Source of the DNA: Octopus vulgaris
Taxonomy: Eukaryota
DNA: 64,000 nt
Reading direction: 5' to 3'
Assembly: GCA_951406725.2 (NCBI GenBank)
Contig: OX597825.1
Location: 28,830,001-28,894,000 of the forward strand
Positions 15,275 to 28,755 of this stretch are shown here, in pieces. A program made the translations under genes and the position numbers. Position 1 is the first letter of the stretch. Every line of letters starts with the position of its first letter. The notes beneath the pieces were generated by a model. It did not search any database. It had not been told where the DNA came from and saw nothing but the letters and a program-made list of their open reading frames with translations.

Positions 15275-15468
15275 AAGTCATTGATTGGTTGAAATTACCG
15301 AAATACGACTAATTTAACACGAAATAACTTTGAAAACATAAACTTTTCTCAACAACACTAAGAGTAAAATATGTTTTATATGACACATTCTACCAGTGTC
15401 CGAAGTTTGAAAGTGCTTAGTTACAAAAAATTAATTTCTCGATCTGCCGTTCAAAAGGAAAAGATCCA
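15275..15468. mobile_element. fragment related to the 6724-7141 MITE
   Basis: Shares gattggttgaaatt, cattctaccagt and the terminal ctgccgttcaaa..gaaaagatcc. Confidence 0.65.
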
Positions 15469-15734
15469 AATGGCCAACTCTAAGTTTGTGCCTGTAAGCC
15501 AGAAGGAAAGGAGAAGAAAGGATACCTTCCTGACGAGCCGTTGGTGTTAAGGGGTCCAAAGTGCATGAGGTCTCTTTGGTCACCTTATGGTGGCACTCCC
15601 TCATATTGGGGAAGCATATTGTTGATTTAATCTCTTTGTTAATCGTTGTGTTTCTTGGCTGTTTACACGTTTAATCTCACTGTCCTTCGTCTGTGTATCG
15701 TTCGGCCCTGCTGGCCAATAAAGAAAGAAAAAAT

Positions 15735-15789
<55 letters not shown>

Positions 15790-15979
15790 GCCAATAAGCA
15801 GGTGCCGTACAAAGACAATGGTCTGAGATGGTGATTCTGACGCGATTCAGCCTGCAGTTATATCGTCACAGTAGTTGTGGAAAGGTGGGTAATCACATAC
15901 GCGTACGTAAACACAAACACACACTTACAGAGGCACACACATACAGAGGCATACACGCAGAGGCACACATGCACGCAGT

Positions 15980-16010
<31 letters not shown>

Positions 16011-16854
16011 GTGTGTGTGTGTGAGTGTGTGTGTGTCAATGTACGTATGTTTGTGTATGTGTGTGTGAGTATGTACCTATGTATATAGATGTACATACAT
16101 GTATATCATTTATATATTTGCGTGTGTACATGAGCCTTTGTATCCTTTACTGCTCTTTTTCGATTATATGCTATTATACATTCCAAGTTCTTGTTCTGTG
16201 CTGCAAAACTGCGATAACTTAATTCATAACTGATAATTCGTGAAATAATCCAAATATCTTAATTTAGTTGTAGACGACCATAGCAACTGCATATTAATCC
16301 GAAAAAAGAAATCTGTTATTCCCCGGTTTTCAATTTCCGTGTATCTGGTTGTTGAGGTCTTCCAGTCATCAGCAGTAGCAGCAGCTTCCCAAATGTACGA
16401 TGGCATCGTAAGACAACTGAGCAATCGCAAGGCCAAAATATGGCCATCCGTGGATAAGACAGCATCGGCGAAAGCTATTCAGACAAGAAAAAAATGAATT
16501 ATAGTACGTCTCATATTAACTGCTGGAAACGAGATATCGGTTATACAACAACGTAACTCAAATTCGTTTGCAAAAGTATTGTCCCCGAGACCACGACGAA
16601 AATAGGGATTGATTTTTCCGATACGGAATTATACATTGCTACACAATCAACAAGTGCTATTATCGTTATTGACGCTTATCTGATACAAGCTAGACAAGAA
16701 GAAATAAAAGAACAAATTTCAATTTCAGACGTATACAAGAACGAAGTTTGTCTTTTTATTTGTAGCGTAAAATGAATATTGTATCTTTATAAATATGTCA
16801 TGAGTAAACCTGAGAGTCCTTTTATTTAGTAAACACCATTCCGTTCCCTGTGAT

Positions 16855-17468
16855 ATTTTTTCTACTCTAGGCACAAGGCTGGAAATTTTGGAGGAGGAGG
16901 CCAGTCGATTAGATCGACCCCCAATACGCAACTGGTACTTAATTTATCGACCCCGAAAGGATGACAGGCAAAGTCGACCTCGGCGGAATTTAAACTCAGA
17001 AAGTAAAGACAGACGAAATATCGCTAAGCATTTCGCCCGGCAGGCTAACGTTTCTTTCTTTATTGCCCACAATGGGCTAAACATAGAGATAACAAACAAG
17101 GACAGGCAAAGGGATTAAGTCTTATATATCGACCCCAGTGCGTAACTGGTACTTATTTAATCGACCCTGAAAGGATGAAAGGCAAAGTCGACCTCGGCGG
17201 AATTTGAACTCAGAACGTAGCGGCAGACGAAATACCTATTTCTTTACTACCCACAAGGGGCTAAACACAGAGAGGACAAACAAGAATAGACAAACGAATT
17301 AGGTCGATTACATCGATCCCAATGCGTAACTGGTACTTATTTAATCGACCCCGAAAGGATGAAAGGCAAAGTCGACCTCGGCGGAATTTGAACTCAGAAC
17401 GTACCGGCAGACGAAATACTGCTAAGCATTTCGCCCGGCGTGCTAACGTTTTTGCCAGCTCGCTGCCT
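16855..17468 (-). mobile_element. SINE family A, tandem trimer
   Basis: Three copies of ggtactt...tcgaccc.gaaaggatga.aggcaaagtcgacctcggcggaattt; complete head at the right end. Confidence 0.9.
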
Positions 17469-17921
17469 TCGTTCCCTGCGATATTGACTGGGCACACAAA
17501 TTTGACCAGGAACCGTGAAATACAGGCGTTTTGTGTAGAAAAAGAACGATACGACTGCATAGTAAAAATGCAATCACTTTGTAAACTAATTTTAGCGTCT
17601 AATAATTTGTTAGATTTTCATGCCAAGAAAAACATACTTGAAGTTCTATTGAATGTTCCATTTTTTTTTATTGAACAATACCAGGTGTTTTATAATAATA
17701 AATTTAGCCAGTTCAAATCCCTGGCGTGTTTTGGTTTGCATTTGTTATCGCCCTTCCTTCTTTTTGATAGGAACAATTTTTCCACACAATAAACACTATA
17801 TCATCTTCTGATATCTCTGTTAATAGTTTTGTTGTCATTGTTTAAATGAGAAAACAGATAAAGTGATAAAGGTTAAAAAAATCATAAATTTTTAAAGATG
17901 GTTTCTTACAGTAGTTAAATA

Positions 17922-19181
17922 TCAGGTTAAGTGAAAAGTAAGCAACGTTTTGAACCATGAGGAATTTGTACCGGATTTTTGCAGAGTTTTGATTTTCTTT
18001 TTAAACATTTTTTGCAATTGTCTGATAATACAGACATAGCCTTGCCCAAATGCATCAATAAATTAACATTGATTTTTTTTCATCGTAGTTACAATCACCT
18101 GAAATGGAATTATCAAAGTGCGATATTCGAGCAATTTTACTATTCAACTTCAGAAAAGGATATAAAGCAGCTGAAACTGCTCACGATAGTAACGAAACGT
18201 TTGACCAGTGTGTGGTCAGCTACAAAAGGTTTTTTAACGATTTCGCAGTGGAGACATGAGCCTTGAAGAGCGTGAGCGCAGTGGACGCCCAGCTGTCATC
18301 GATGAAGTTCAATTAAAGACCGTCATTGAGAATGATCCAAGTAAAACCATTTGAGAACTGGCAAAATAACTTCAAGATAGCGAGTAAACTGCTTGCAACC
18401 ATTTGCATGCAATCGGTAAATAAAAAAATCTCGACAAAAGGGTACCACATGATTTGAATGAAAGTCAGAAAATGCGCAGATATGAAATTTGCTCGTAGCT
18501 TCTCTCTAACTAGACCGATCCATTTCTCCACCGTATTGTAACTTGCGATGAAAAGTGGGCTCTGTACAATAACAAAAAACGTTCGTCACAGTGGTTGGAC
18601 CAAAATGAAGCATCAGAAAATTTCTCTAGACCCGAGCCCTTCAAAAGGAAGGTTATGGTGACTCTTTGGTAGCGTACAGCTGGACTCAACCACTATAACT
18701 TCTTAAAACCTGGAAAAACCATTACATGTTGCAATGAAATTGCCAAAATGAACGATAAACTGCTATTCATCCGTCCCAGACAGGTCAACAAAAAAAGGCC
18801 AATCATTCTTAAATGACAATGCTCGACCACACATTTCACTAATGACACTAATGACACAGAATTGGCTGTGGAGTTCTTCCGCACCCAGCTTATTCCCCAG
18901 ACCTTTCTTCTACCGACTACCACTTTTTCAAGTACCTTGACGGTTTCCTGCGAGAGAAGGAGCTCAAAAATCAAACTGATGTTGAAAGTGCGTTCAAAGA
19001 GTTCATCAGTTCCCGAACTCCCGATTTTTATGTTTCCGGAATAAACAAACTTGTAACTCGTTGGCATAAATGCGTTGATCCTAATGGTACTTACTTTGAT
19101 GAATAAAAGTTCCGCATTGTTGAAATATATTGTGATGAAATTCATGTTTCAAAACGTTGCTTCCTTTTTTACTTAGCCGGA
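17922..19181 (+). mobile_element. mariner (DD34D) transposon relic with transposase pseudogene at about 18104-19106
   Basis: Imperfect TIRs tcaggttaagtgaaaagtaagcaacgttttgaa / ttcaaaacgttgcttccttttttacttagccgga with TA flanks. Motifs RVPHDL, RIVTCDEKW, DNARPH, YSPDLSSTDYHFF, RWHKCVDPNGTYFDE*. Frameshifted. Confidence 0.92.
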
Positions 19182-19517
19182 TACATCTGCTACAATAAAA
19201 TTGCTACTGGAAATGAAAGCTCTTTAAATACGCTAAGTGTTAATGTTAAACATTTTGTCTTTCTGTCTCGATCCGATGCACATAATATGAACGTTCTTTC
19301 AGACGTCTCATTCAACATTAACTATATGTGGAGTTTGGTTAATTAAAAACCTAATTAACATGAAAATCTCGTGCATGCAATTGAAATAATATTAAGTTAA
19401 AATAGCTATCTGTGTATGACAATAAATTTATATAAAGAGGTGACAGGCAAGAAAGAGTGATTTCCTTCTGAAATGAAATTTCTTACATACGTACAGTGTT
19501 AGAAGACACAATATATA

Positions 19518-19620
19518 TCAAAGGGAGAGGGAAGATTGGCCCCAGCAGCTGCTATCAAAAGCTCTAGACTTATTTCAGCCTCTTCTGGGTCTTGTCACTA
19601 ATGTGTACTCACAGCCAATT

Positions 19621-19621
<1 letters not shown>
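19518..19621. repeat. 104-bp direct repeat, copy 1
   Basis: Near-identical to 20706-20809; followed by (AT)n. Confidence 0.9.
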
Positions 19622-19677
<56 letters not shown>

Positions 19678-19873
19678 CGTAAGCTATCAAAGATAGACGT
19701 TCGAAATTTTATCTTTGACTAAAATAAAGTTTTGGTGTATGTCTGTACGTGCGAACACGCACACTCATACACATTGCACCATATACATACATCTACATGT
19801 ATAATATATATATATATATATATTATTTTAGTCAAAGATAAAATTTTGAACGTCTTTCTTTGATAGCTTACGC
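19678..19873. repeat. inverted repeat with arms of about 50 bp
   Basis: gcgtaagctatcaaag...tttgactaaaataa / ttattttagtcaaag...ctttgatagcttacgc. Confidence 0.85.
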
Positions 19874-20149
19874 ACACTTGCCCATAGCAAATTGAATACA
19901 ACGGCTACTAGCTAGACATTCTTATTAAAACTTCTTTGCTTTATATAAAACTATTTCCAGATCTGCAACTAACGGTTAATGACCTTCCTTATTATTTTAC
20001 AATGTACACCTGATGTTGAAAATATGTTTGTCGATAACAAATGTTATCAATCAAAATAAAAGAGGAATAGAAACTGAACTTATATGATACTTAATGTTAA
20101 AATTTAATCAAGCATAATCACGGGCACACTGCTTGATTAACAAGCTTCT

Positions 20150-20327
20150 GTAGTGACACCTGGCGGTCAAGCAGCAAAGCAAAACGAAAAAGGGATCTAA
20201 CGAGAGTAATCTCCCTCGACGTCTTCGAAAATTCTCGAATATTCTAGAAGATCGAGGGGGATGACTCTCGTTAGATTCCTTTTTTTTTTTTGTTTTGCTT
20301 TCCCGCTTGACCGCCAGGGGTCACTAC
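20150..20327. repeat. imperfect palindrome of about 178 bp (MITE-like)
   Basis: gtagtgacacctggcggtcaagc... pairs with ...gcttgaccgccaggggtcactac along most of its length. Confidence 0.85.
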
Positions 20328-20660
20328 CTTTCAATCACATTTACGTGTTTGTGAATTTAGTCCCACTGTACGTACAACTTAAACGCGCTTACCCAGGGAG
20401 GATTACTAACTTCGAATATACCAAGGATGACTACACCCTCCCGAGCCGGCCATTCCCTCGTGAGTCAATTCTGTTGAAGGAAACTGTGCGAACACACCAT
20501 CGCTGATTTTGCAACAAACAAAAATGCTTGTTCTGAAATCTCTGTAAGAGATCAACACAATAGTAATACTGACAAGTAGCATTTGTGTTATTTTTTTCCT
20601 TCATTGGTTTTGTACGTTGGGTACTTGATAAAATCTTATATAGGTTATACCTTTATATTT

Positions 20661-20705
<45 letters not shown>

Positions 20706-20708
<3 letters not shown>

Positions 20709-20809
20709 AAGGGAGAGGGAAAATTGGCCCCAGCAGCTGCTATCAAAAGCTCTAGACTTATTTCAGCCTCTTCTGGGTCTTGTCACTAATGTGTACTCAC
20801 AGCCAATTG
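20706..20809. repeat. 104-bp direct repeat, copy 2
   Basis: Near-identical to 19518-19621; embedded in (AT)n. Confidence 0.9.
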
Positions 20810-20814
20810 CTGTA

Positions 20815-20924
<110 letters not shown>

Positions 20925-21216
20925 AATAATTCAGATTCAGTTGAATTAGGTACTTTAGCTGAGGCATCTAGTCAGTGTGGTATTGTCCGTACAACTCAGA
21001 GTAAGGTGAATAAAATCAAAATCAGCAACAGGATATTAAGGGATGATGCTGTACGACCGTTTCAAGCGATTTCATTTAATTGAGCAATGCAATCATTACA
21101 TCAATTTAAATACAGGATTATCCTCAGCTGCATAAACAAATAGAATTATGTATATGTGTATATATATACATGTACATGTATATGTGTATATATACATGTA
21201 TATATATATATGCATA

Positions 21217-21613
21217 TCTTTATATATAAAAGTCAAGTTGTGTGTCTGTCTCCTACGATTTAGATTCCTAACTACTCCCACATTTTGCGGTGCAGTGTAA
21301 TCAAAAGCGGGTATCTTATAGTCGTGATTAATATCGAGCCCTTCTGGGTATTAGCGCGCGTCTACGATGAGTCTACGATTTTTAAAATAATTTACCATCA
21401 TTTTTTTCCATTTTAATGCATTTTTTCGCTATAATATAAGGAAAGTAACTCTCTAAAAATGTCTACGATGAGTCAACGATTAAAAAAAAAATTTACAATT
21501 ATTTTTTTCCATTTTGAATGCTTTTTTTTGGTATTTTTTGGCTATAACTCTCTAAAAATGCTTATATAATTATTTCCCTTACAAACCCGAGCAACGCCGG
21601 GCGATACTGCTAG
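21217..21613 (+). mobile_element. non-autonomous Helitron
   Basis: 5' TC(tttatatataaaag) and 3' CTAG, inserted between A and T. Subterminal hairpin cccgagcaacgccggg at 21586-21601. Internal duplication of about 100 bp. Confidence 0.88.
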
Positions 21614-21631
21614 TATATATATAAATGTGTG

Positions 21632-21678
<47 letters not shown>

Positions 21679-23797
21679 ATATATATACATACACACTACA
21701 TGCATATACATATATATGTGTATATGTGTGTATGTCTTTGTCCACATAATACTTCACAGCCGATGCTGGTCTGTTTATATATCAGTAATTTAGTTGTTGA
21801 CCTAAGTGTCAGATTTAATAAGTACTAGACTCCAATCTTTGTAACTACTGGCAATGGATTTGCTCGAGAAAATCTCCAGTCGAGTGCTCCAGTATGAACA
21901 GGATCAACGACTGTAAATTCGTAAAAGAATATAAATAAGTAAGACGAAATGTGTCAAGTTTATCTCTGATTTTTGTATCGGCAAACAGTTGAGAAATAAC
22001 TCGATAAATCTTTATCAAGTCTGGATATTTTTCTTTATTTGACTCCTATTAAAATTACGTTGATACAAGAAGAGAAACATCTCTTTGAAATTTGGTAAGA
22101 TCTCGCAGAATTTTGGGGCAAAATCTTAGACATATATTCTCAAAGCGGAAACCTGGGCCAGTTTCTTGTAGCATAACAGTCTTCACTAAATCAAGCAAAG
22201 TTACCTATATTAGTAAAACAAGCGCTCTAGAAACAGGCGCAGTTTATTCCATAGAATAATTACAGAAGCATAATTACTATCAACGAGATTTGACTAATAT
22301 ATGTTGGGTTGACACAAGGCTTATGGGTGAAAGATATTTGCCTCTTTCATTGCTGTAAGGTCGACCCTAAACGATATGATCTCGAAGTGAAGGTCTTTGA
22401 ACCACCCAAACGTATCTGCTCTATTACCGAACAAATTAAACGTTGTTGTGCAAATCAACGAAACAGCAGGCAGATTTTTAGTGTTAATGTAATCTGTGTT
22501 GATTGAGTTTTCTTTGCGCAATGTACGTATAGTTAAGAAGTTCGCATCACAGTTAAAAGGTCCTGGTTTCGATTCCGCTGCGTAGCATTTGGGATCAAAA
22601 ACTATTTTCTGTAGCCTCGGGTACCTATAAATTACAAGTGAAATTGGGTCGACGGAAATTATATAGAAGCCGTCTCACATAATAGTGAGAGAAGCAGTAT
22701 TTTTTGCCAAAAGGTAATATTTACTTCTGTTGCCCACCTAAAAGTGGCTGTTGTGTTAGAACACGAAAACTGCATTGTTATATGAGAGAACCTCTCACAT
22801 GAATTTACTTTGCTTATAAACACACATGTTTATATCGCTAGCGGGATATCACCACTGCGATTGACAGACCTTGTGATTTCAAACTTACTTGTCAAACGTG
22901 GGAGGCTAGAGATAGCAGCGATCCCTCTGCCACTGATATACATTGAATCAAGCTTCTGTGATTATTGTTTATTTTTAATAAACCGTCGGATGTAATTGTA
23001 ATGTAAGCCTTGTGTTGAATTTCCTTGAGAATCCCATTAAGGGTATACATATCTATGGAATATTCAGCTACTCATACACTAATTCAATGATCGGACAATT
23101 TGACACCCATAGCTGGAAATACTGACGGAGATGCAATTAATTTGTTTTTGCTGACATGCCAAAAACTTCGGTGTCAAAATGCCGCTTTAGTACGTTTCAA
23201 AAAATTTAATATTATAACAACACCGGTAAAAATCAGTTTGTAAGCATGCTCAGTAGAGAATTTAATGTTTCATCATGTTTTGTCTGGAACCTCGCGGCTC
23301 TTCAGATACATGGATTGGTGTTTAATAATTCATTTGACCAAAATAGAATTAAAAACTAAAATGCGAATTAAGATTCCGCCGAGGAAATAAATTAATTTAA
23401 GACATTAACGGATAAAATGAAGTATGAGATATAAACGCAAGCAAACAAATTTTACAGTGTGACGTGATAATATTTTAGTATTTTGCTGTCTCTGCAACTC
23501 AAAACAAATACTTTTAGAAGAAAAAATGAAATTTGTTAAAGAGAAATTTAAGAAGAAAAAAATTGTCAAAAAGTTAAACATGTGGAAAGATCTGTGATCT
23601 TTTCGACTTTAAAAACAGATATTTTAGTATTGGAGGAAAGAAACATTTCCTTTAAAGTGAAATTACTTCGAATGGACTCTTTTTCTCCTCAATGCTGTCT
23701 TTATTTTTTAAAAATTACTTTTGTTTTACTAAGTGTATGTTTCTTTATCATCACAGTAAACTGTCAGCGATAAAATTGTAAGATAACCTTAGTTGGA

Positions 23798-23847
<50 letters not shown>

Positions 23848-24529
23848 GTGTGCGTGTGTGTGTGTATAGATGTAAGAAGGCGTGTATGTATATGAGGGGC
23901 GAGAAAATAAAAAGTACTCAATACAAGATGTAGGTATTATTATATTTCTTCAGCTGATGACTTCTACTTTAAATTTAAATTTCTTCGATTAATTCATGAT
24001 GGCATCGGAACTTCCATTTTTCACTAATTGCCTGAGTGTGAACCACACATATAAAGGACAGTAATTCGTAACTGAAAAGATTTGTTTTTCCTAAGTGCAA
24101 TAATTTCAATCTTTTGTACTTGACTTGGTTCCAAAAACTGACAGGCCTCCTGTACTTTCCGTTTATCGGAAACTCGTATTATATTGTGAGATGTATTTGA
24201 CTAGTTAGAAGGATTCAACGTTTATCTTAAATTTCAGCTAGGTTTTAATTGTGTGATTTATTGCTACCTTATGATATAGTCTGCACCTTCAGTTATTCTG
24301 CATTCGTACTCATCTGAAAGCTTAGCTGGTGTTTCTTCAGATTAAGGCACAGCGAGATGGTTTCTTTTCTCCTGTTTAACCCTATGGTCGAGCAGAATTA
24401 GGGTACTGAAATTTTCAGTTTCCCATAGCTAACAGTGGCTACTTTGGAGCTTTTGAATGTCATTGCTTTTGCAACAATACCCCCACTTTATCGCGGGTTT
24501 TTTTTATTCCTCTATTTCTTAAAGACGAA

Positions 24530-25300
24530 AGGAATATCGAAAGTATTACGTTTATTTTTGAACCAAATCAAAAGGCTGTTATGTATATGAAAGTTTAAAA
24601 GTATTGTCGGTTAATTTGATGTATGTATTGACTGTGCAGTGTATCGATTGCTACATTTGCCTTGCCTATTTTAGCTTATGAAATAAAATCTATTTCATCG
24701 TACTTTTACAACAATGCATCATTTTATCGTGCGTGGTTTTTATCTTCTTTATCTTTTAGAAAACGAAATTTATTTCAAAACTGTGTCATTATACCCATTT
24801 TTGAACCTAAACGAATTGACTTGTTCTGTGTATGAAAGTGTAAAGGTATTGCCGTTTAATCTGATGTACGTCTGTGCCATATACAACTTCTCTCCTCGGC
24901 ATATTATTTCTTTTGACAGGCATTTTCTAGCCGAAAGTCACATTGTCATTTCTTTTCAATTGATTTCTAGTCGAGCTGTTTTTGTGTTGTTTAGCAATTT
25001 GGGGTTTTGGTTAGAGATTTGTAATCTTGTGTTACACGCATAATTATGCCTGGCCTTAACAGAAATTTTGCAAACTAATCAATCTAAGGAAGATTCTGTG
25101 GGGAGTTATAATCAAATATTTCTTTCTTTGTTTAGTTCAATATTTCCCGAAGTGATGTAGTTTGTTCTTTCAGCTTGGTTAAAAAAGAGGTCCTTTCCGG
25201 TTTGATCGCCATTGTTACATTGAATAACATAATTAAATATCACCCCGTTGGATTATAAGATCGATAATCTTGGACTATGTTTTCTGTAATAGGTTCACTG
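24530..25300 (-). mobile_element. decayed Penelope-like element with duplicated GIY-YIG segment
   Basis: Minus-strand translations TYIKLTDNTFKLSY (about 24570-24627) and TYIRLNGNTFTLSYTEQVNSFR (about 24800-24870) resemble the Penelope YIGxTxxxFKxRYxxHxxSF motif. Confidence 0.5.
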
Positions 25301-25659
25301 ATTGTTGGTGGACTGTTAGAGCAGCTATTTCTGTTTGCTTGCCTCAACAACGGATTCTTTTGGTCTTAAAACCAGACACACACGTTCATTTGCTCTATCC
25401 TGGTCAATGGAACATAAAATCTTCCACATATTGGTCCGAAATTACTATACTTCTTCTTTCGAAGGAGAAAAATTACCTTAATTTGTATTTTAAAAAGCAG
25501 TGATGTATCAAATCAACTTCAACTTTGGCCTTTCCTGAATAAATTCTTCAGGAAACTAAGCCTTGTATTTTGCAACATACTTCATCTAAGCCTGTCCAAG
25601 ATCTCTATGTAACCATACAATGCTTCAAAGAATAATTTGCTGTCGTTATAGCTGGTGCT

Positions 25660-25815
25660 ACTAAAACACTACATTTAACGTTGCTCCAGTCCACTCAGCT
25701 GGCAAAAATGAGTAATTGCGACGGACCGGCGTCCAGTCCGGGTGGTGGATTTATACGTCACTGAAACCGGGAAACCGGCCCTTATGAGCTTGGCATGGCT
25801 CGAGAAGGAAACATA
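25660..25815 (+). mobile_element. SINE fragment (family D-related)
   Basis: cgttgctccagtccactcagctggcaaaaatgagt matches the body of the 58330-58660 SINE. Confidence 0.6.
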
Positions 25816-25914
25816 GCTGGTGGTAGTGATGGTACTTTTTCGGTGCCTCTTTCGCATTCAATATATGTTTGTACTTTTGTTCAAATGTGAGGGCAAGTCA
25901 AGTGTCAATAACTA

Positions 25915-26305
<391 letters not shown>

Positions 26306-27006
26306 TGTCAATAACTATTCTAATATTTCTTGCCTGGAACCTGTCATACGAGCCAGGAGACAGACGTGTAGTACACCACTTCTATGCTTCTACTCACCTG
26401 ATTTCCAATCTCAAATAAAATTACATGCATCCCGGTTCACGAGACACATATCCTTCCGCTCATCGTCCAGCATTTCATCGAAGTCTCGCTTCAATGCAAT
26501 ATCAAACTCCACCTTTATTTAAATCGTTAACATATATAATCTTCCTCCTCAATCTTACCTGTGTAAATTCGTCAAAAAAAAAAAATTCAACAACAAAAAT
26601 AACAGAGCATAAATTCTGCCTGTGTTAAATAGCGTTTCTAAAAAATGAAATGATGTCGTTGACAATCGTGTTCGTACTATTCATTATTTTTTTGGCAATC
26701 TAATTAATGTTCGCAGCTCTATGGCTTCTTGTGTCTTCTATTTTGTACTGTCTGTTTAATTTTTTAATATCAATTTTATAAATTCATTAGATTTTAGTAT
26801 GAAAATACTTTGTGAGAGTGCTTGTTTATGTTATTTAAACTAGTACTGCTATGTCTGCTGGTGACAGGACCTCTTCCTTCTTTTCTCAAGTTGCTGCCTC
26901 TTAAAAAGTGTAAAGATTTCAAAAGGCATTCAGCAAATATGTGTGTGTGTGAGTGTGTATGTGTGTGTGTGTACAAATTTAAAAACGACTAAACACAAAC
27001 ATTTCT

Positions 27007-27607
27007 TATTTCTTCACTGTCCACAATGGGCTACACACAGAGGGGACAAACAAGGACAGACAAATAGATTAAGTCGATTATATAGACTCCAGTGCGTAAC
27101 TGGTACTTATTTAATCAACCCCGAAAGGATGAAAGGCAGAGTCGACCTCGGCGGAATTTGAACTCAGAACGTAACGACAGACGAAATACCTGTTTCTTTA
27201 TTACCCACATGGGGCTAAACATAGAGAGGACAAACAAGGACAGAGAAACGGATTAAGTCGATTACATCGACTTCAGTGCGTAACTGGTACTTAATTTATC
27301 GACCCCGAAAAGATGAAAGGCAAAGTTGACCTCGGCGGAATTTGAACTCAGAACGTAATGGCAGAGGAAACACCTATTTCTTTACTACCCACAAGGGGTT
27401 AAACACAGAGAGGACAAACAAGGGCAGACAAACGGATTAAGTCTATTATATCGACCCCAGTGCGTAACTGGTACTTATTTAATCGACCCTGAAAGGATGA
27501 AAGGCAAAGTCGACCTCGGCGGAATTCGAACTCAGAACGTAACGACAGACGAAATACCGCTAAGCATTTCGCCCGGCGTGCTAACGCTTCTGCCAGCTCG
27601 CCGCCTT
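27007..27607 (-). mobile_element. SINE family A, tandem trimer
   Basis: Three units of about 180 bp; only the rightmost has the full head. Confidence 0.9.
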
Positions 27608-28407
27608 CACAAACATTTATTCCATACCAGATGATCGGCAAGGACATTCGAGCAATTCAAAATTCTTTTCTTTTAGTGAATCTGGAGATCTATTTCTCTT
27701 CATATAATCCAGTTATTGACGACGGCGACGACGTCCACGATGACGACGTCCACGATGACGACGTCGACGGTGAGACAGCTGATGATGATGCTAACTACTT
27801 CGGTCGTGTCTTCGATCTCGTTCTACAATCGTACTTGCTCAAAGCCTAACACTCAAACATATTTTGACAAACTGGCTAATAACATTATGTGGAGGATTTC
27901 CAACGCAGACGTAATACCACTGCTTTTGATATTTAGTAGGAAAAGTCTAATAGGTCGCCTGGAGTATAATACAGGTGTGAGTGTGTGTGTTTGTGCGCGC
28001 GCCTGTGTGCGTGTGTATGTGTGTGTGTGTGTGTGTGTGCTTGCGTGTTATCGGGAGCCAAAGAGATGAAAGGGCAAAATCGAAACTAGTGGGAGTTGAA
28101 CTAAGAACGAATTTAGTCTGAAGTAAATACAGCAAAGCAATTTGTCCGATGCTCTACCGATTAAAGTGAAAAATACAGATTATGAATGCTCAGTGAATAC
28201 CATTTTATATCTCAGTTTGAAGTGTAGATCTAATAAAGCGACGCCTAATTAAAGACAACTTTCTTAATTTGAACGTCTGACCCGAGATGGCAGGAAGTTC
28301 CACTAATATTTCCGCTAATTCTATTATTGACTGAAACACTCAAATTTTCAGCTCCAATACTTCAATAATGGTAAATTGATGTGATACTGATATCGCGCTG
28401 CTGTGCA

Positions 28408-28408
28408 C

Positions 28409-28481
<73 letters not shown>

Positions 28482-28576
28482 TCTATGACGTTGGGGTAAA
28501 GATAATGAGGATGATGTTGGGAAATACGAAGACGGAGATGGAACAGGAGATCCTCTCCCACCACCATCACCACCAC

Positions 28577-28609
<33 letters not shown>

Positions 28610-28673
28610 TATCATCATCATCATTATCATCATCATCAGCAGCAGCAGCAATAACATAGTGAGTATTTTCGAA

Positions 28674-28718
<45 letters not shown>

Positions 28719-28755
28719 GTTGTTGCTGTTGTTGTTGTTGTCGTTGTCGTCGTCG
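28408..28755. repeat. (GAT)n, (CAT)n, (ATT)n and (GTT)n trinucleotide cluster
   Basis: Directly visible. Confidence 0.9.

Noticed and set aside
15529-15565. CUGACGA hammerhead core
   Set aside because: No downstream stem II-GAAA at the proper spacing.
27007-27607. CRISPR-like or satellite array
   Set aside because: Units are whole SINE bodies with no unique spacers, and the context is eukaryotic.
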